A stretch of DNA of 64,000 nt from Octopus vulgaris (taxonomy: Eukaryota): assembly GCA_951406725.2 (NCBI GenBank), contig OX597815.1, positions 138,570,001 to 138,634,000 on the forward strand. Direction: 5' to 3'. Under the pieces are notes generated by a model, which saw only the letters and a program-made list of their open reading frames with translations, was not told the DNA's origin and made no database searches. This document shows positions 1 to 12,918 of this stretch, piece after piece (position 1 is the stretch's first letter; every line of letters starts with the position of its first letter). Made by a program: the position numbers and the translations under genes.

Positions 1-484
1 TGGGTCATCCCATAAAAATTGCGATTTTTATACTTCTTTTATTTTTTCAAAATTAAGATAAGCAAACGTATTTTCTAATCTAAAATATATAGACTGAGAG
101 CCAGTCTTGATTTGATTTAGACTTGAAGCTCCAAAATACTAGCAGGGCACAATATGTGTACAAATGGTCCTAATACCATGAAACGCGATTCTTAAGTATG
201 CTTAGGTATGGATTAATTAATTATGAGATAATCAACTTGCGTAAATAACTAATTTAATTAGACTTTAAGCTCCAGTAATGAATCACATTGAATATTACTC
301 CTTAGACACCATTGATGCTTAAATGAAAACTTAAGAAAGAAAAACGGGTATGGAAAGACAAATTAAGAAGTTTTAATCAGACACTTAATTAGGAATTAAT
401 TAGACTTTCTGCACCAGCGTCAATTACTTCGCAGAATTGTTCACTAAACCCAACTGAATCTATTCATGACACTTAAGAACCATT

Positions 485-2253
485 TTAGGTGTGGATGTCT
501 AATTTAAGAAGCATTTTCTACTAATCACTATACACTAATTAAGGAGAAATATATAGAAACACTATTTTTATGGTAGGTTTTGCAAGCAAACACCCAGTAC
601 AATTTGTCGTGCTGATGCTGATAACCAGGATGCCTTGTTTGTCGTTATACATGGAGCAATCAAACCCCGCAAACACATCGCAATAGGTATTGATATGAAA
701 TCTATGACAGGCAGCAGAAAAGTGGTCAGCCTCTTGAACCGTTATGGCTACAGCATCAATTACCATTGCGCAGAGTAACTAGAGACTGAGTTGGCCTTTG
801 CCCACAATGAGAAGCAGACCATCATCCTCGAGGGTGTGCAACCAAACCGAGTAATGGGGAATGCCTACGACAATTATGACGAACTCACCTACACTGTATC
901 AGGCGCAAATTCCTTGCAAAACGAAGATGAAGCAGATCGAGGACGGCGTGATGCCTGGACTTCACGCATTTACAGGCTGTGACTACACATCTTCTTTTAA
1001 CAGGCAAGGAAAGATACGGCCTCTTCAAATCCTTGAGCAGAACACATAATTCCAGTATGCAGTTTCCAAGCTAGGCGATGCCGACCCAGACCTGGAAACA
1101 TTCACCTTTATAGAAAAATATACCTGTCGCATATATCGCCAAATAAGCTGTTCCAGCATCAACGACGCTCATTACTCAGTCTTCGAGAAAGCATTCTCCC
1201 CATGCAAAAGATCCACTCCAGAAACTGAAGGGAATCGACGCAAGCAGTCTACCACGGTGCTGCAGTGAACTTTTGCAACAATACCAACGTGCAAGATTCG
1301 TTGCGAACCTGTGGAGAGATGCCGGACATTTGTTGCTTGAACAACAACCACAGTACAGATGGGAACTGATCGATAACGAATACACGATCATCTGCCAGTC
1401 TGACAGAGGTGAGACCAGCATCACTGTCCATTGACGAGTTCAGATATGATGAGGATGATACCATGTTGACCGTATCCTCTGGTGACGAGCAGTCAGACTT
1501 CGGTACAGAATAGAATACACACTGCAGCCGTCTGGATAATGGGGCATCATGTACCAACATCTTTACTCTTTGGTGTAGACGTATTGATAGATTAAAAATG
1601 TCATAGTGTATGTGTCGTTTAGAGGCAGTACGAGAATTTGAATATCTAGCGTTAAGTATTTACATATTTGATCATCATATAAAACTTTGTTAATTCCAAC
1701 AATGCGAGTAAGGGGTTTCGATGCTCACTATTATACTTTCAATCCAATCTTGCTTTGTAAGCCGCAGTTTTGCCAACAGGCCAAAGCTGCCACATGTTAC
1801 GTAAACGTTTCAATTCTGCGTTGGTTTCTAATAGCCAGTTTGCATTTATGTGACATTTTTGTCCAAGGGGCAAGTTGCCCTTTGTTGTAGTTTTAATTAA
1901 TTTTTTTGTTTGTAACAGTCAGTTTCCATTTTTGTGAGGTTTGTGACGGGACAAGTCAACTTTAAGAGAAAAATTACTCCTTTAAAAATTAATTTTATTC
2001 GAATGAACGAAAGCGACATGCATTATGTGTTGACAGAAGTTAGTATCAGTAATGGAGGAGGATTCGGATGCTATGCAATGGAAAATCAACATTTTTTCAG
2101 TGATAACGAGGATGATACCGTGTTGACCGTATCCTCTGGTGACGAACAGTCAGACTCCGGTGCAGAATAGAATACACACTGTTTTTCTATATTCAATAGA
2201 GGAGGATATGTTAATTAGTCAAAATGCTTCTTAAATTAGAGATCCATACCTAT
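485..2253 (+). mobile_element. Degenerate, internally deleted DNA transposon, Academ (XPG-domain) like
   Basis: Broken frames at ~690-1390 encode TGSRKVVSLLNRYGYSINY, DNYD..T.SG, LHAFTGCDYTSSFNRQGK (XPG/FEN1 H3TH-like) and LPRC..EL.Q..RA..VA.LW. Inverted ~33-bp repeats at ~485-517 and ~2221-2253. Superfamily assigned from recalled motifs, not a search. Confidence 0.5.
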
Positions 2254-2277
2254 CATTCTTACATACTATGATTATAT

Positions 2278-3160
2278 TCAGTTTGACGAGCCGAATATTT
2301 TTGTGAAAGAATTTAAACCTCTTAACCATTGCTCAGTTTTACCTAGATCTTGCCTTGCCCGCATTATGTCCCTTTCAATACGTCGTTTCCACCATGGTTC
2401 ATGTGCTCCACCACGTTTTGTTCCCTTAAGTTGTAATTTCTCCTCAACAAGTAACGTAATAGCTCGGAGAAAATTCCTTGTTTGTGTTATGTCCTCCGTT
2501 TGGATGTATGGTATGAGAGTATTTATCTTTTCTGTTACTTTATTTATCATACTCCTATCTACCCTCTTCATATTCATGGGGAGTTTTTCTTCTGGGGCAT
2601 TCATTAACTCGGTGAGTCATCTTTGAATCTCGAGCAATTCATCATCTAGATGGCTAATTTTCCCTTCATATCCACCCACTACTGTATCATGTTTCACTGT
2701 GTAACGTTCTTATTCCTCATCTTTAACAGCCCCATCACCATCCCCCCTTCCTCCTTTGTAGCCCATCCGCAGGGTCTCTCATACTCACTAATCGGAGATA
2801 TTTTTACTCCAGTTAAGTAAGTCTTCCACCCAATTAGTTCATTAGTTTATTTTCTGACATTGGACACATGTCCTTTACTATCCAAAATTTCAAGGTATGT
2901 CAGCCTACTCCGCGACTTCTTTCCAGCTTTACTCTTTCATGATATTCAATAAGTGTATCGTACTCTCCCTTCGTCCATTATGTCTCTTTTTGCGCACACT
3001 ATGCAAGTGATCTATTGTGACATAACGACCGTCCGAGGCCAGATCACTGGTTCTGATACGGGCAGTTTCGGATGTGCCGGGCGGGAAACCTTCAGCATGA
3101 TCGGCTATAGCTTCATTCTCGCCGTTAATTCTGTCCTTGTTGCGTTGCACTATTATTATT
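2278..3160 (-). mobile_element. 5' fragment of an R4/Dong-like non-LTR retrotransposon (decayed)
   Basis: ORF 2278..2604 contains EPWWKRRIERDI..ARQDL, typical of the pre-RT region of R4/Dong ORFs. The 5' side abuts (TAA)n. Confidence 0.55.
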
Positions 3161-3162
3161 AC

Positions 3163-3702
3163 TGAGTGAGAGAGCATTGCATGCCAGCAATACGAAGCCC
3201 ATTATACCCATCATGACTACCTGTCTGATAAGGGTACACAAGGCACATAGATCACAACCATATGTGCACAAACATAGTGATCTCATATCAAAATAAACAG
3301 CGCATCACCTCACAGGTGGGGCCAAGTTAGAATATTCTTGAGGTCGAGTAGCCTATCCCGCTCAGAAGCTCACTGAATATGGTTTGTTTAAGAATGTTGA
3401 GCAAAATAACCATGTTTCCAAAGGTGAATTATCGAAACCCCAAAGAATTCATCTCAACACATGGCTTTGATGCTCCCCCACTGCTTCCGCTCGTGATCAG
3501 AGATGCACATATCATCAGCCACCAAGAGACATGCTCAACTGGTTATGGTCAAACAACCGACAAGCGAATCTGTGGTATTGAGCAGAATATTTGCTGTAGC
3601 CCAATTTTTATACCAGGACAAAACAATGTTCATGATAACACTTCCAATCAATTAAGATCAGAAGCCATGAGAGCCACTACCAGGTACTGCATCAGGGCAT
3701 TT
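3163..3702. repeat. ~530-bp dispersed non-coding repeat in (TTA)n, copy 1
   Basis: Colinear with 50270-50775 (shared gatgcacatatc..cagccac and taagatcagaagccatgagagcca). Flanked by TTA repeats. Confidence 0.75.
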
Positions 3703-3816
3703 ATTATTATTTATTATTATTATTATTATTATATATGTATGCATTTATGTGTGTATGCATGTATGCATGTATGTATGTGCGTATGTATATATGTATCTAT
3801 GTCTATCACTGTCCTT

Positions 3817-3867
<51 letters not shown>

Positions 3868-3891
3868 CGTGTGTGTGTGTGTGTGTGTGTT

Positions 3892-3936
<45 letters not shown>

Positions 3937-3954
3937 GTATATTATGTATGTATT

Positions 3955-4004
<50 letters not shown>
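3703..4004. repeat. Compound microsatellite (TTA)n/(TA)n/(TG)n
   Basis: Directly visible. Confidence 0.95.
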
Positions 4005-5630
4005 CAGTTGCGGCCAAAATGTTCAGAACGGCATTGTTTTCATCAGAAATGTAGATATAATTTTTTATTGAAGTTGTTTTATATTCTATAATTTTCACAG
4101 ACAATAAATACAATATTATTTGTTATTGCCTGAGATTTTAGTGTAATTTGAGAGGATAATACAAAAGTTATGGATGATTTGGGGATTTACTGTAAAACCC
4201 ATGGCGGCCAAAATGATCAGAACGGTTGCTTTTACTCCGTGTTTTAGTATATTTAACTGGCTAACTCTAATCTTTTGAATTTGTTTACGTGACGGTTCGT
4301 TTACTAAACATTAGTAAGAATATTTGCAGTGTACTTTGTTAATATAATGCCACTTACTCTGTTACCAATTCGTCAGCAGATTATTAAGCTTCCAAGGAAG
4401 GATAATTTAAGTATTGGATCTATTGCAAAGATTGTTAACAAGTCAAAAAGTGTTGTACACGGTATTCGTAAGGTCTACGATGATTGTGGTTCGTGTGAAG
4501 CAAGAAAGTTTACAGGTAGGCCAAGAAAAACGACCAAGAGAGAAGATCGTGCTATGGTAAATTTGGTTAAAAAGGACAGATTTAAAACTGCCGCTGCTGT
4601 TTCTCGGAAAATGAGTATTGTATTGAAGAAAACTTTATCTCGAAAAACTGTGTCTCGTCGTTTAGTTGAACATGACCTACAAGCAAGAGCACCTGCAGTG
4701 AAGCCACTGATCAGCTCCAAGAATAAAAAGTGTCGTCTTACCTTTGCAACCGAACATGTGTTGTGGTTTCAAGAAAAATGGCAAACGGTGCATTTCAGTG
4801 ATGAATCTAAGTTTATGCTATTTGGCTCAGATGGGAAAAGGTAGGTTCGTAGAAAAGTAGGTGAAAAATTGTTGCCTAAATGCCTTAAGACTAGTGTTAA
4901 ATTCGGTGGAGGAAGTGTCATGGTTTGGGTAATGATATCTGGAGATGGTGTGGGCCCTTTGGTGCGATTACACGGAAAGTTAAATGCAGGAGTTTATAAA
5001 CAACTTGTAAAAGATTATGTCTTGCCTGTGCTGAGAAATTCAACTAAGCGACCACCCATATTCATGCAGGACAATGCCCCATGTCACAAGGCTAAGGTGG
5101 TCATAAACTTCCTCGAGGCTGAAAAGGTTATTGTTATGGATTGGCCAGCTCAAAGCCCAGATCTCAATCCTATTGAAAATGTGTGGAATATTCTAGGAGA
5201 ACGTTCGAAAGCCAGAAATTCTAAAACAACTGAGCAATTATGGAATGCCCTTCAGGAAGAATGGAATATGATCACCCAGCAAGAAATTGAAAGTTTAATT
5301 TCCTCATGCAGTCGAAAATGTCAGAGTGTGATTGAAGCTAAAGGGCTTCACACTAAATATTAAATAATTCCAGTATTCTCTGTCATTTTTGATTATTTTG
5401 TTATTAATTCAACCGTTCTGATCATTTTGGCCACCATGGGTTTTGCAGTAAATCACTAAATCATCCATAAGTTTTGTATTGTCCTCTCAAATTACACTAA
5501 AATCTCAGAGAATAACAATTAATATTGTATTTATTGTCTGTGAAAATTATAGAATATAAAACAACTTTGATAAAAACTTATACTTACTTTTCTGACGAAA
5601 ACAATGCCGTTCTGAACATTTTGGCCGCAA

Positions 5631-5633
<3 letters not shown>
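4005..5633 (+). mobile_element. Tc1/mariner DNA transposon with long (~225 bp) IR/DR-type TIRs
   Basis: Starts CAGTTGCGGCCAAAATGTTCAGAACGG at 4005 and ends in its reverse complement at 5633, flanked by TA. Internal direct repeat ggccaaaatg(t/a)tcagaacgg at ~4012 and ~4206. Confidence 0.95.
4347..5363 (+). pseudogene. Tc1 transposase (DD34E) with one in-frame TAG
   Basis: HTH/GRPRK, FSDESKF, QDNAPCH and SPDLNPIENVW motifs. ORFs 4329..4844 and 4869..5363 share a frame, split by TAG at 4842-4844. Confidence 0.9.
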
Positions 5634-5675
<42 letters not shown>

Positions 5676-6984
5676 AAAATCTATACGCCCTTAGTAATTA
5701 TGTAACATACCTAAAAAGTTATGATATTGCCATTAAGCAAGTGTGGTGCGTAGCACTAACGTCTTTGAAGTTTCACCAACATTCTTTTACTAATGTAGTT
5801 CCCGAATGTGTTTGTAAAGATACATCAAAGGGCGACCATGCAGAATATATATATAAAATCAAGTTGTGAAACGCCATTAAAACTAGAGAAAGTATTTGGA
5901 GTGTATTCTCTCATTTGATATTGTATTCCATTATGCTACCGGATTAGACAGCAGAATGAAATTGTTTGTTAAAGCTGCGAAAGCCAAATTTCACTTAATG
6001 ACGTATTTTAATATAAGTTGAAAGAATACTGTTTAGGTTAAAAGAAGAGTAAATCACATTTTATAGCTGAGTCTGTTGGTAAGTAATAGTTTCTAATACA
6101 CACACAAGTATCTGATGAAAATTATATTCTATTTCTTTTCATTTTTATTATCGATTCCAAATTGATCTGTTATTTCAAAGCTGTTCGCCTTTCTACTTTA
6201 ATATTATTCGATATTGAAATGGAAGAAACATTGTATCGTTTAATGTGTGTAAATAATGTCCAGTATTTTGTTTAATTCAACATTTGAAGCGTGATTTATT
6301 TACTTTGAAAAATTGTTCATTTTGGATTTGAACTGCTGTATTGTAAATTTTTCGGAGACTGAAAACTTCAGGACATTTCTAAACTACATTGTTTGCTTTA
6401 ACAATTCAATAGAAATGAATTTCAGTTTGTTTGAATTTAAGCCTTATAGGTTCCTCCCCTCCCAACGAAAAGCTCAATGTGTAATACCTGAATATGCAAA
6501 CATCCGCAATCGTGTATGTTTCTATATAGTTCATGTTTGCTAAATCTTGTCTTGCTAATACTCTTTAGATAGTTTGAGTGTGAATTGACTTTTGCTGAGG
6601 TATACTACTACGTCTCAGTGTACAGTTTCGCTATATAAATTACTGAGTGAATGTTAATCTACTGCAGTCTTCACTCAGAATACTTTTGATCGTATCATAA
6701 ACAACTAATTTTATATCATATCAATTTAGTTAGAGAAAAATAAGCATTGACCATGATTTGCATAGATTCCAATGCTGTTTATATACAATGTTAACTTCTC
6801 TATATGAAGAAATGTAAGTTAAAAGTAGACTAGCAAAACGTTGATATAATTAAAGATGTGCGCAGGAAGGGAATTTTGGACGAATAGCTACCTGAAAGGA
6901 AAGACTGGGTGTAGAGCGTAGTACAGAATTCGGTGTCAGTGATAGTGGGTTGTACATAACTTAGTTCATGTGTAGGACGTTTTA

Positions 6985-7208
6985 CGTTTTACTTGTTTCA
7001 GTCATTTGAGTGTTGCCATGCTTGAACACTGCCTTTAGTCGAGCAAATCAACCGCCAGGGCTTATTCTTTGTAAGCCTAGTACTTATTCTATCGGTCTCT
7101 TTTGTCGAACCACTAAGTTACGGGGATGCAAACACACCAGCATCAGTTGTCAAGCGATGTTGGGGGGACAAACACAGACACACAAACATATACACATACA
7201 AACATATA

Positions 7209-7246
<38 letters not shown>
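6985..7246 (-). mobile_element. tRNA-derived SINE family A, 3' half (split by nested insertions)
   Basis: Matches 19597-19830 of the intact copy and stops at the SINE's internal (TA)n tract. Confidence 0.85.
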
Positions 7247-7257
<11 letters not shown>

Positions 7258-8090
7258 AAAGGTTTGAAAATGCAATTTAAACGATGTTTATTTACTTAAC
7301 CGGTTTCACTCTTTGTTAAAGAGATTGTCAAAAGTAACATTGAATATTATGGGTTCAAAAAAGTTTTTTACATAATTGTCACATTGAATATTATGAATTC
7401 AAAAATGTTTTTTTATACATAATTGTCACATTACATGTATAAATATAGTATAAAAAAGTTCAATAGTGTGATGAGAATATTTGGAAAAATTGGCAGAAAA
7501 GAATAAAACAAATATATTATTGGAAATTTGGTTGCGTTAATTATTGGTTGTCGCAAATTGTCACATTACATGTATATATATACAGTCTTTGGTAGAAATG
7601 ACATGTTAAAGACATAAGGAAGTGTAATAGTTTGGTGAGAAAGCTTGTAATATTGACAGAGAAAATTAAAATGGATATTTTAGACATCTCAGAATATTTT
7701 GAATCGAAGGCGAGAATTTGTTTTTTACTGACCTGTTTGTTTTAGCAGAAAAGTTGAATTGAGAGAAAAAAAGATATGTACCCAATTTGGTTTATACTTC
7801 CCCTTCAAGCATCAGTGACTTTGGGGTTATTGGGAGGTGAGTATGCGGGTGTGAATAGATGTGTCCGTGTGCCTGCTGGTCAGACAGCGTCTGTTTGTCA
7901 CACACATATATACACACACACACACAACAACAATACACACACGCACATAGTATACACACACACACCACATACACACAACACACACACACACAGAACACAC
8001 ACACACACACAACGCACCCACATATATAATATATACACACAGCACACAAATATAACATGTATTTATATATAATATACACACACATATAAA

Positions 8091-8140
<50 letters not shown>

Positions 8141-8937
8141 CACACGCACACATATATACATAATATAAATATCACACAAATACACCTAGCATATATATAC
8201 ACATACAATACACATACACAGCATGTATATAATACACATACACAATATATGCATGCAATATACATACGCAATACATACATATAATATATATATATATAGA
8301 CAATGCATATACATATATACATATATACATATAAATAGTGTTTACATACACATACATAGATATACCACATATACACACAATATACATACATACAATGCAT
8401 ACACATACACGTACGCATACATATAAAATATATAGACACACACACACATAACATACATACACAATGCATACATATATATACACGCAACGTATATACATGT
8501 ATTCATGTATATATAGCACACTTACAATATACATATATACAATGCACACATACACACATATATACACTTAATTGTACACATACATATACAATACACATAC
8601 ATACAATATACATATACACAATGCGCATGCAAATAATGCACATGTTTATAGACCCATATACATGAAAATATATATACACACACACACATACACACACACA
8701 TATATATATATACACATATATATATATATATACACATATACATACATACATACATGCACATACATATATTTTTTCACACACATACACACACATATATATA
8801 TAAAATTCACACACACACACCCACACACACAAAATACAAACCTATAGTGTACACACTCAAATATATCTCTACATACCGCACACACACACAAACAATGTAC
8901 TCACATATACACACATACCATGCATATACACACACAG

Positions 8938-8969
<32 letters not shown>

Positions 8970-9155
8970 AACAAATACACATGTAAATACATACACTCGT
9001 ACACAATGCTCACACACACACACATACACACACACACGCACACAGTGCACACACACACACACATATATACACACGTGCACACACACACACAACGCGCGCA
9101 CACACACACACACATACACACACGCACACAGTGCACACACACACACACACACATA
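7247..9155 (-). repeat. Left arm of ~1.9-kb inverted repeat (inverted pLTR/3' UTR copy)
   Basis: Near-identical reverse complement of ~10990-12888. The ORF track shows the same 98-aa pseudo-ORF at 7776(+) and 12063(-). Confidence 0.95.
7292..7337 (-). ncRNA. Minimal type I hammerhead motif (U3:A8 variant), inverted copy
   Basis: Reverse complement of 12798-12843. Confidence 0.7.
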
Positions 9156-10750
9156 CCACATCCCACTATACCACTATACCACATCCCACTGATCTCAAAC
9201 TGAGACCAATAGTGGCAGGCCCAAGTTGTGAAACACACAGACTTAGCAACTTTATAGATATCATCTTAAAGCCAATACTGAAACACATTCCAAGTATTGT
9301 AAGAGATGACCTGGACCTATTAAATCATCTCCCCAAACATGCCGATAAAGACACCTTAATCGTTTCTTTTGATGTTATTAATCTTTACACCACAATCCCA
9401 CATGAATATGGACTGGAAGCCATTAAATTCTGGCTGGATAAATATCCCAATGAGATCCCGGAAAGAATTAAAAAAGAATTCATAATTGAGGGCCTCAAAT
9501 TTATTCTGCAAAACAACTTCATGTATTTCCACAACAACACTTACAGACAGGTCTCAGGAACTGCAATGGGTACGAAAGTTGCACCTACCTATGCAAACCT
9601 GGTGATGGCCTACCTGGAATCACATATCTATGAAAAATCCAAATATAAGTACGGCCAGTCTTTCCACAAATACCTGTTGGAGAACTGGAAACGCTACTTA
9701 GATGATTGCCTCATCCTATGGTCCCACACACTCGACCAACTTAAAGACTTCAAAAACCTTATCAACAGTGTTAATAACAACATTCAATTCACAATGGAAT
9801 ATAGTCAGGACCAACTCCCTTTTCTTGACATCCTAATCATTAAAAAAGGCGTCAACATTGAAACTGACATCCATTACAAACCCACTGACTCTAAACAATA
9901 CCTTCTATTCACCTCCAATCACCCAAAACACACAAAGACAAATATCCCCTTCAACCTAGCGAGAAGAATCTGCACTATTGTCTCAAATGACACAACACGA
10001 AATAGAAGACTCCGGGAACTAAGGGCAATTCTTCTCGAAAGACATTACCCGGCATCACTAGTAGACAACGGAATAGAACGGGCCAAATCAATCAACATTC
10101 AAGACCTACGAAAACCCAAACACATCCACAGTTCAGTAAATAGCCTCCCCTATATCTCAACACACAACCCAAGGAATGCAGAAGCTTACACTATTATATA
10201 CAACAACATTCCACAACTAAATCAAGACCCACGCCTGAAAAAAATACTGGCAGCTCATAAAATAATAAAAAGTAAGAGACAACCTAAATCCCTAAAAAAC
10301 CTCCTCACCAACGCAAAATTACACAACACAAACCCACCGCCCACCATCAAAAAATGTGGTCGCCCCAATTGCAAGACCTGCATCCACCTCATTGAGGGAT
10401 CGTCGTACAAGTTCCACTCGGGACACACATTCATCATAAAAAATAATTTCACGTGCGCATCAAAAAATTTACTCTACGTCATAAGGTGTGAAGGATGCCA
10501 CGAAGACTACATAGGGCAAACGAGCCTTACCCTCAGAGAAAGAATGACAGTTCACCGACAACAACTGAGGGACCCCTCCACAAGACAGATACCACTAAGT
10601 GGACACTTAGACCTTTGTGCACACAATAAGTCCCCCAAATTCTTAGTCTTCCCACTATACCAATGCTCGGACAACACCACAGACCAAACACGAATAAATA
10701 AGGAAAGTAATCTTATTCAAAAATACAGACCACAACTAAACATACTCTAA
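9131..10750 (+). CDS. Penelope-like reverse transcriptase + Cys-rich linker + GIY-YIG endonuclease, 5'-truncated but uninterrupted
   Basis: LRPIVAG, SFDVINLYT, GTAMGT, RYLDD, LPFLD, YKPT; linker CGRPNCKTC; LLYVIRCEGC..YIGQT..LRERM..H. Real homology begins ~9176; upstream residues are microsatellite. Confidence 0.93.
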   Translation: MHTHTHTHTTSHYTTIPHPTDLKLRPIVAGPSCETHRLSNFIDIILKPILKHIPSIVRDDLDLLNHLPKHADKDTLIVSFDVINLYTTIPHEYGLEAIKFWLDKYPNEIPERIKKEFIIEGLKFILQNNFMYFHNNTYRQVSGTAMGTKVAPTYANLVMAYLESHIYEKSKYKYGQSFHKYLLENWKRYLDDCLILWSHTLDQLKDFKNLINSVNNNIQFTMEYSQDQLPFLDILIIKKGVNIETDIHYKPTDSKQYLLFTSNHPKHTKTNIPFNLARRICTIVSNDTTRNRRLRELRAILLERHYPASLVDNGIERAKSINIQDLRKPKHIHSSVNSLPYISTHNPRNAEAYTIIYNNIPQLNQDPRLKKILAAHKIIKSKRQPKSLKNLLTNAKLHNTNPPPTIKKCGRPNCKTCIHLIEGSSYKFHSGHTFIIKNNFTCASKNLLYVIRCEGCHEDYIGQTSLTLRERMTVHRQQLRDPSTRQIPLSGHLDLCAHNKSPKFLVFPLYQCSDNTTDQTRINKESNLIQKYRPQLNIL

Positions 10751-10989
10751 CATACCCCCTGGGCACACATCCAGAGCAGGCACACAGGGGCGCGCGCACA
10801 CTCACAGCATATCGTGCGGGTGGGCACATGCGCGCATCGGCACGCATAGGACACACTAGCGGGCATTGACCGCACACATACGTGGCACGCACACGCATGC
10901 ATTATATATATGTAGGTTATGTATGTGTGTGAGTGTTGTGTGTGTGTGTGTGAGTGTGCACGTTGTGTGTGTGTGTGTGCGCGTGTGTT

Positions 10990-11984
10990 TATGTGTGTGT
11001 GTGTGTGTGCACTGTGTGCGTGTGTGTATGTGTGTGTGTGTGTGCGCGCGTTGTGTGTGTGTGTGCACGTGTGTATATATGTGTGTGTGTGTGCACTGTG
11101 TGCGTGTGTGTGTGTATGTGTGTGTGTGTGAGCATTGTGTACGAGTGTATGTATTTACATGTGTATTTGTTTATATATATATATATATATATGTGTGTGT
11201 GCTGTGTGTGTATATGCATGGTATGTGTGTATATGTGAGTACATTGTTTGTGTGTGTGTGCGGTATGTAGAGATATATTTGAGTGTGTACACTATAGGTT
11301 TGTATTTTGTGTGTGTGGGTGTGTGTGTGTGAATTTTATATATATATGTGTGTGTATGTGTGTGAAAAAATATATGTATGTGCATGTATGTATGTATGTA
11401 TATGTGTATATATATATATATATGTGTATATATATATGTGTGTGTGTATGTGTGTGTGTGTATATATATTTTCATGTATATGGGTCTATAAACATGTGCA
11501 TTATTTGCATGCGCATTGTGTATATGTATATTGTATGTATGTGTATTGTATATGTATGTGTACAATTAAGTGTATATATGTGTGTATGTGTGCATTGTAT
11601 ATATGTATATTGTAAGTGTGCTATATATACATGAATACATGTATATACGTTGCGTGTATATATATGTATGCATTGTGTATGTATGTTATGTGTGTGTGTG
11701 TCTATATATTTTATATGTATGCGTACGTGTATGTGTATGCATTGTATGTATGTATATTGTGTGTATATGTGGTATATCTATGTATGTGTATGTAAACACT
11801 ATTTATATGTATATATGTATATATGTATATGCATTGTCTATATATATATATATTATATGTATGTATTGCGTATGTATATTGCATGCATATATTATGTATG
11901 TGTATTATATACATGCTGTGTATGTGTATTGTATGTGTATATATATGCTAGGTGTATTTGTGTGATATTTATATTATGTATATA

Positions 11985-12032
<48 letters not shown>

Positions 12033-12888
12033 GTGTGTGTATGTTTTATATGTGTGTGTATATTATATATAAATACATGTTATATTTGTGTGCTGTGTGT
12101 ATATATTATATATGTGGGTGCGTTGTGTGTGTGTGTGTGTTCTGTGTGTGTGTGTGTTGTGTGTATGTGGTGTGTGTGTGTATACTATGTGCGTGTGTGT
12201 ATTGTTGTTGTGTGTGTGTGTGTATATATGTGTGTGACAAACAGACGCTGTCTGACCAGCAGGCACACGGACACATCTATTCACACCCGCATACTCACCT
12301 CCCAATAACCCCAAAGTCACTGATGCTTGAAGGGGAAGTATAAACCAAATTGGGTACATATCTTTTTTTCTCTCAATTCAACTTTTCTGCTAAAACAAAC
12401 AGGTCAGTAAAAAACAAATTCTCGCCTTCGATTCAAAATATTCTGAGATGTCTAAAATATCCATTTTAATTTTCTCTGTCAATATTACAAGCTTTCTCAC
12501 CAAACTATTACACTTCCTTATGTCTTTAACATGTCATTTCTACCAAAGACTGTATATATATACATGTAATGTGACAATTTGCGACAACCAATAATTAACG
12601 CAACCAAATTTCCAATAATATATTTGTTTTATTCTTTTCTGCCAATTTTTCCAAATATTCTCATCACACTATTGAACTTTTTATACTATATTTATACATG
12701 TAATGTGACAATTATGTATAAAAAAACATTTTTGAATTCATAATATTCAATGTGACAATTATGTAAAAAACTTTTTTTGAACCCATAATATTCAATGTTA
12801 CTTTTGACAATCTCTTTAACAAAGAGTGAAACCGGTTAAGTAAATAAACATCGTTTAAATTGCATTTTCAAACCTTTTTTCATATATA
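10990..12888 (+). repeat. Right arm of inverted repeat (3' UTR/pLTR with ~1.25 kb degenerate TG/TA array)
   Basis: Reverse complement of 7247-9155. Confidence 0.95.
12798..12843 (+). ncRNA. Minimal type I hammerhead motif (U3:A8 variant)
   Basis: TTACTT-TTGACAA-tCTCTTT-aac-AAAGAGt-GAAAC-CG-GTT-AAGTAA: 6-bp stem I, 6-bp stem II, palindromic ACCGGT stem III, GUU triplet. Confidence 0.75.
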
Positions 12889-12918
12889 ATCCCACTCGTG
12901 CGATACCCCACAACTCAA

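Noticed and set aside
3379-4113. ORFs rich in YI/CV/HT dipeptides (also 7776-9238, 10856-12359, 26065-26658, 42631-43054, 56227-56787)
   Set aside because: These are translations of (TA)n/(TG)n/(CA)n microsatellites, which lack stop codons. No domain content.
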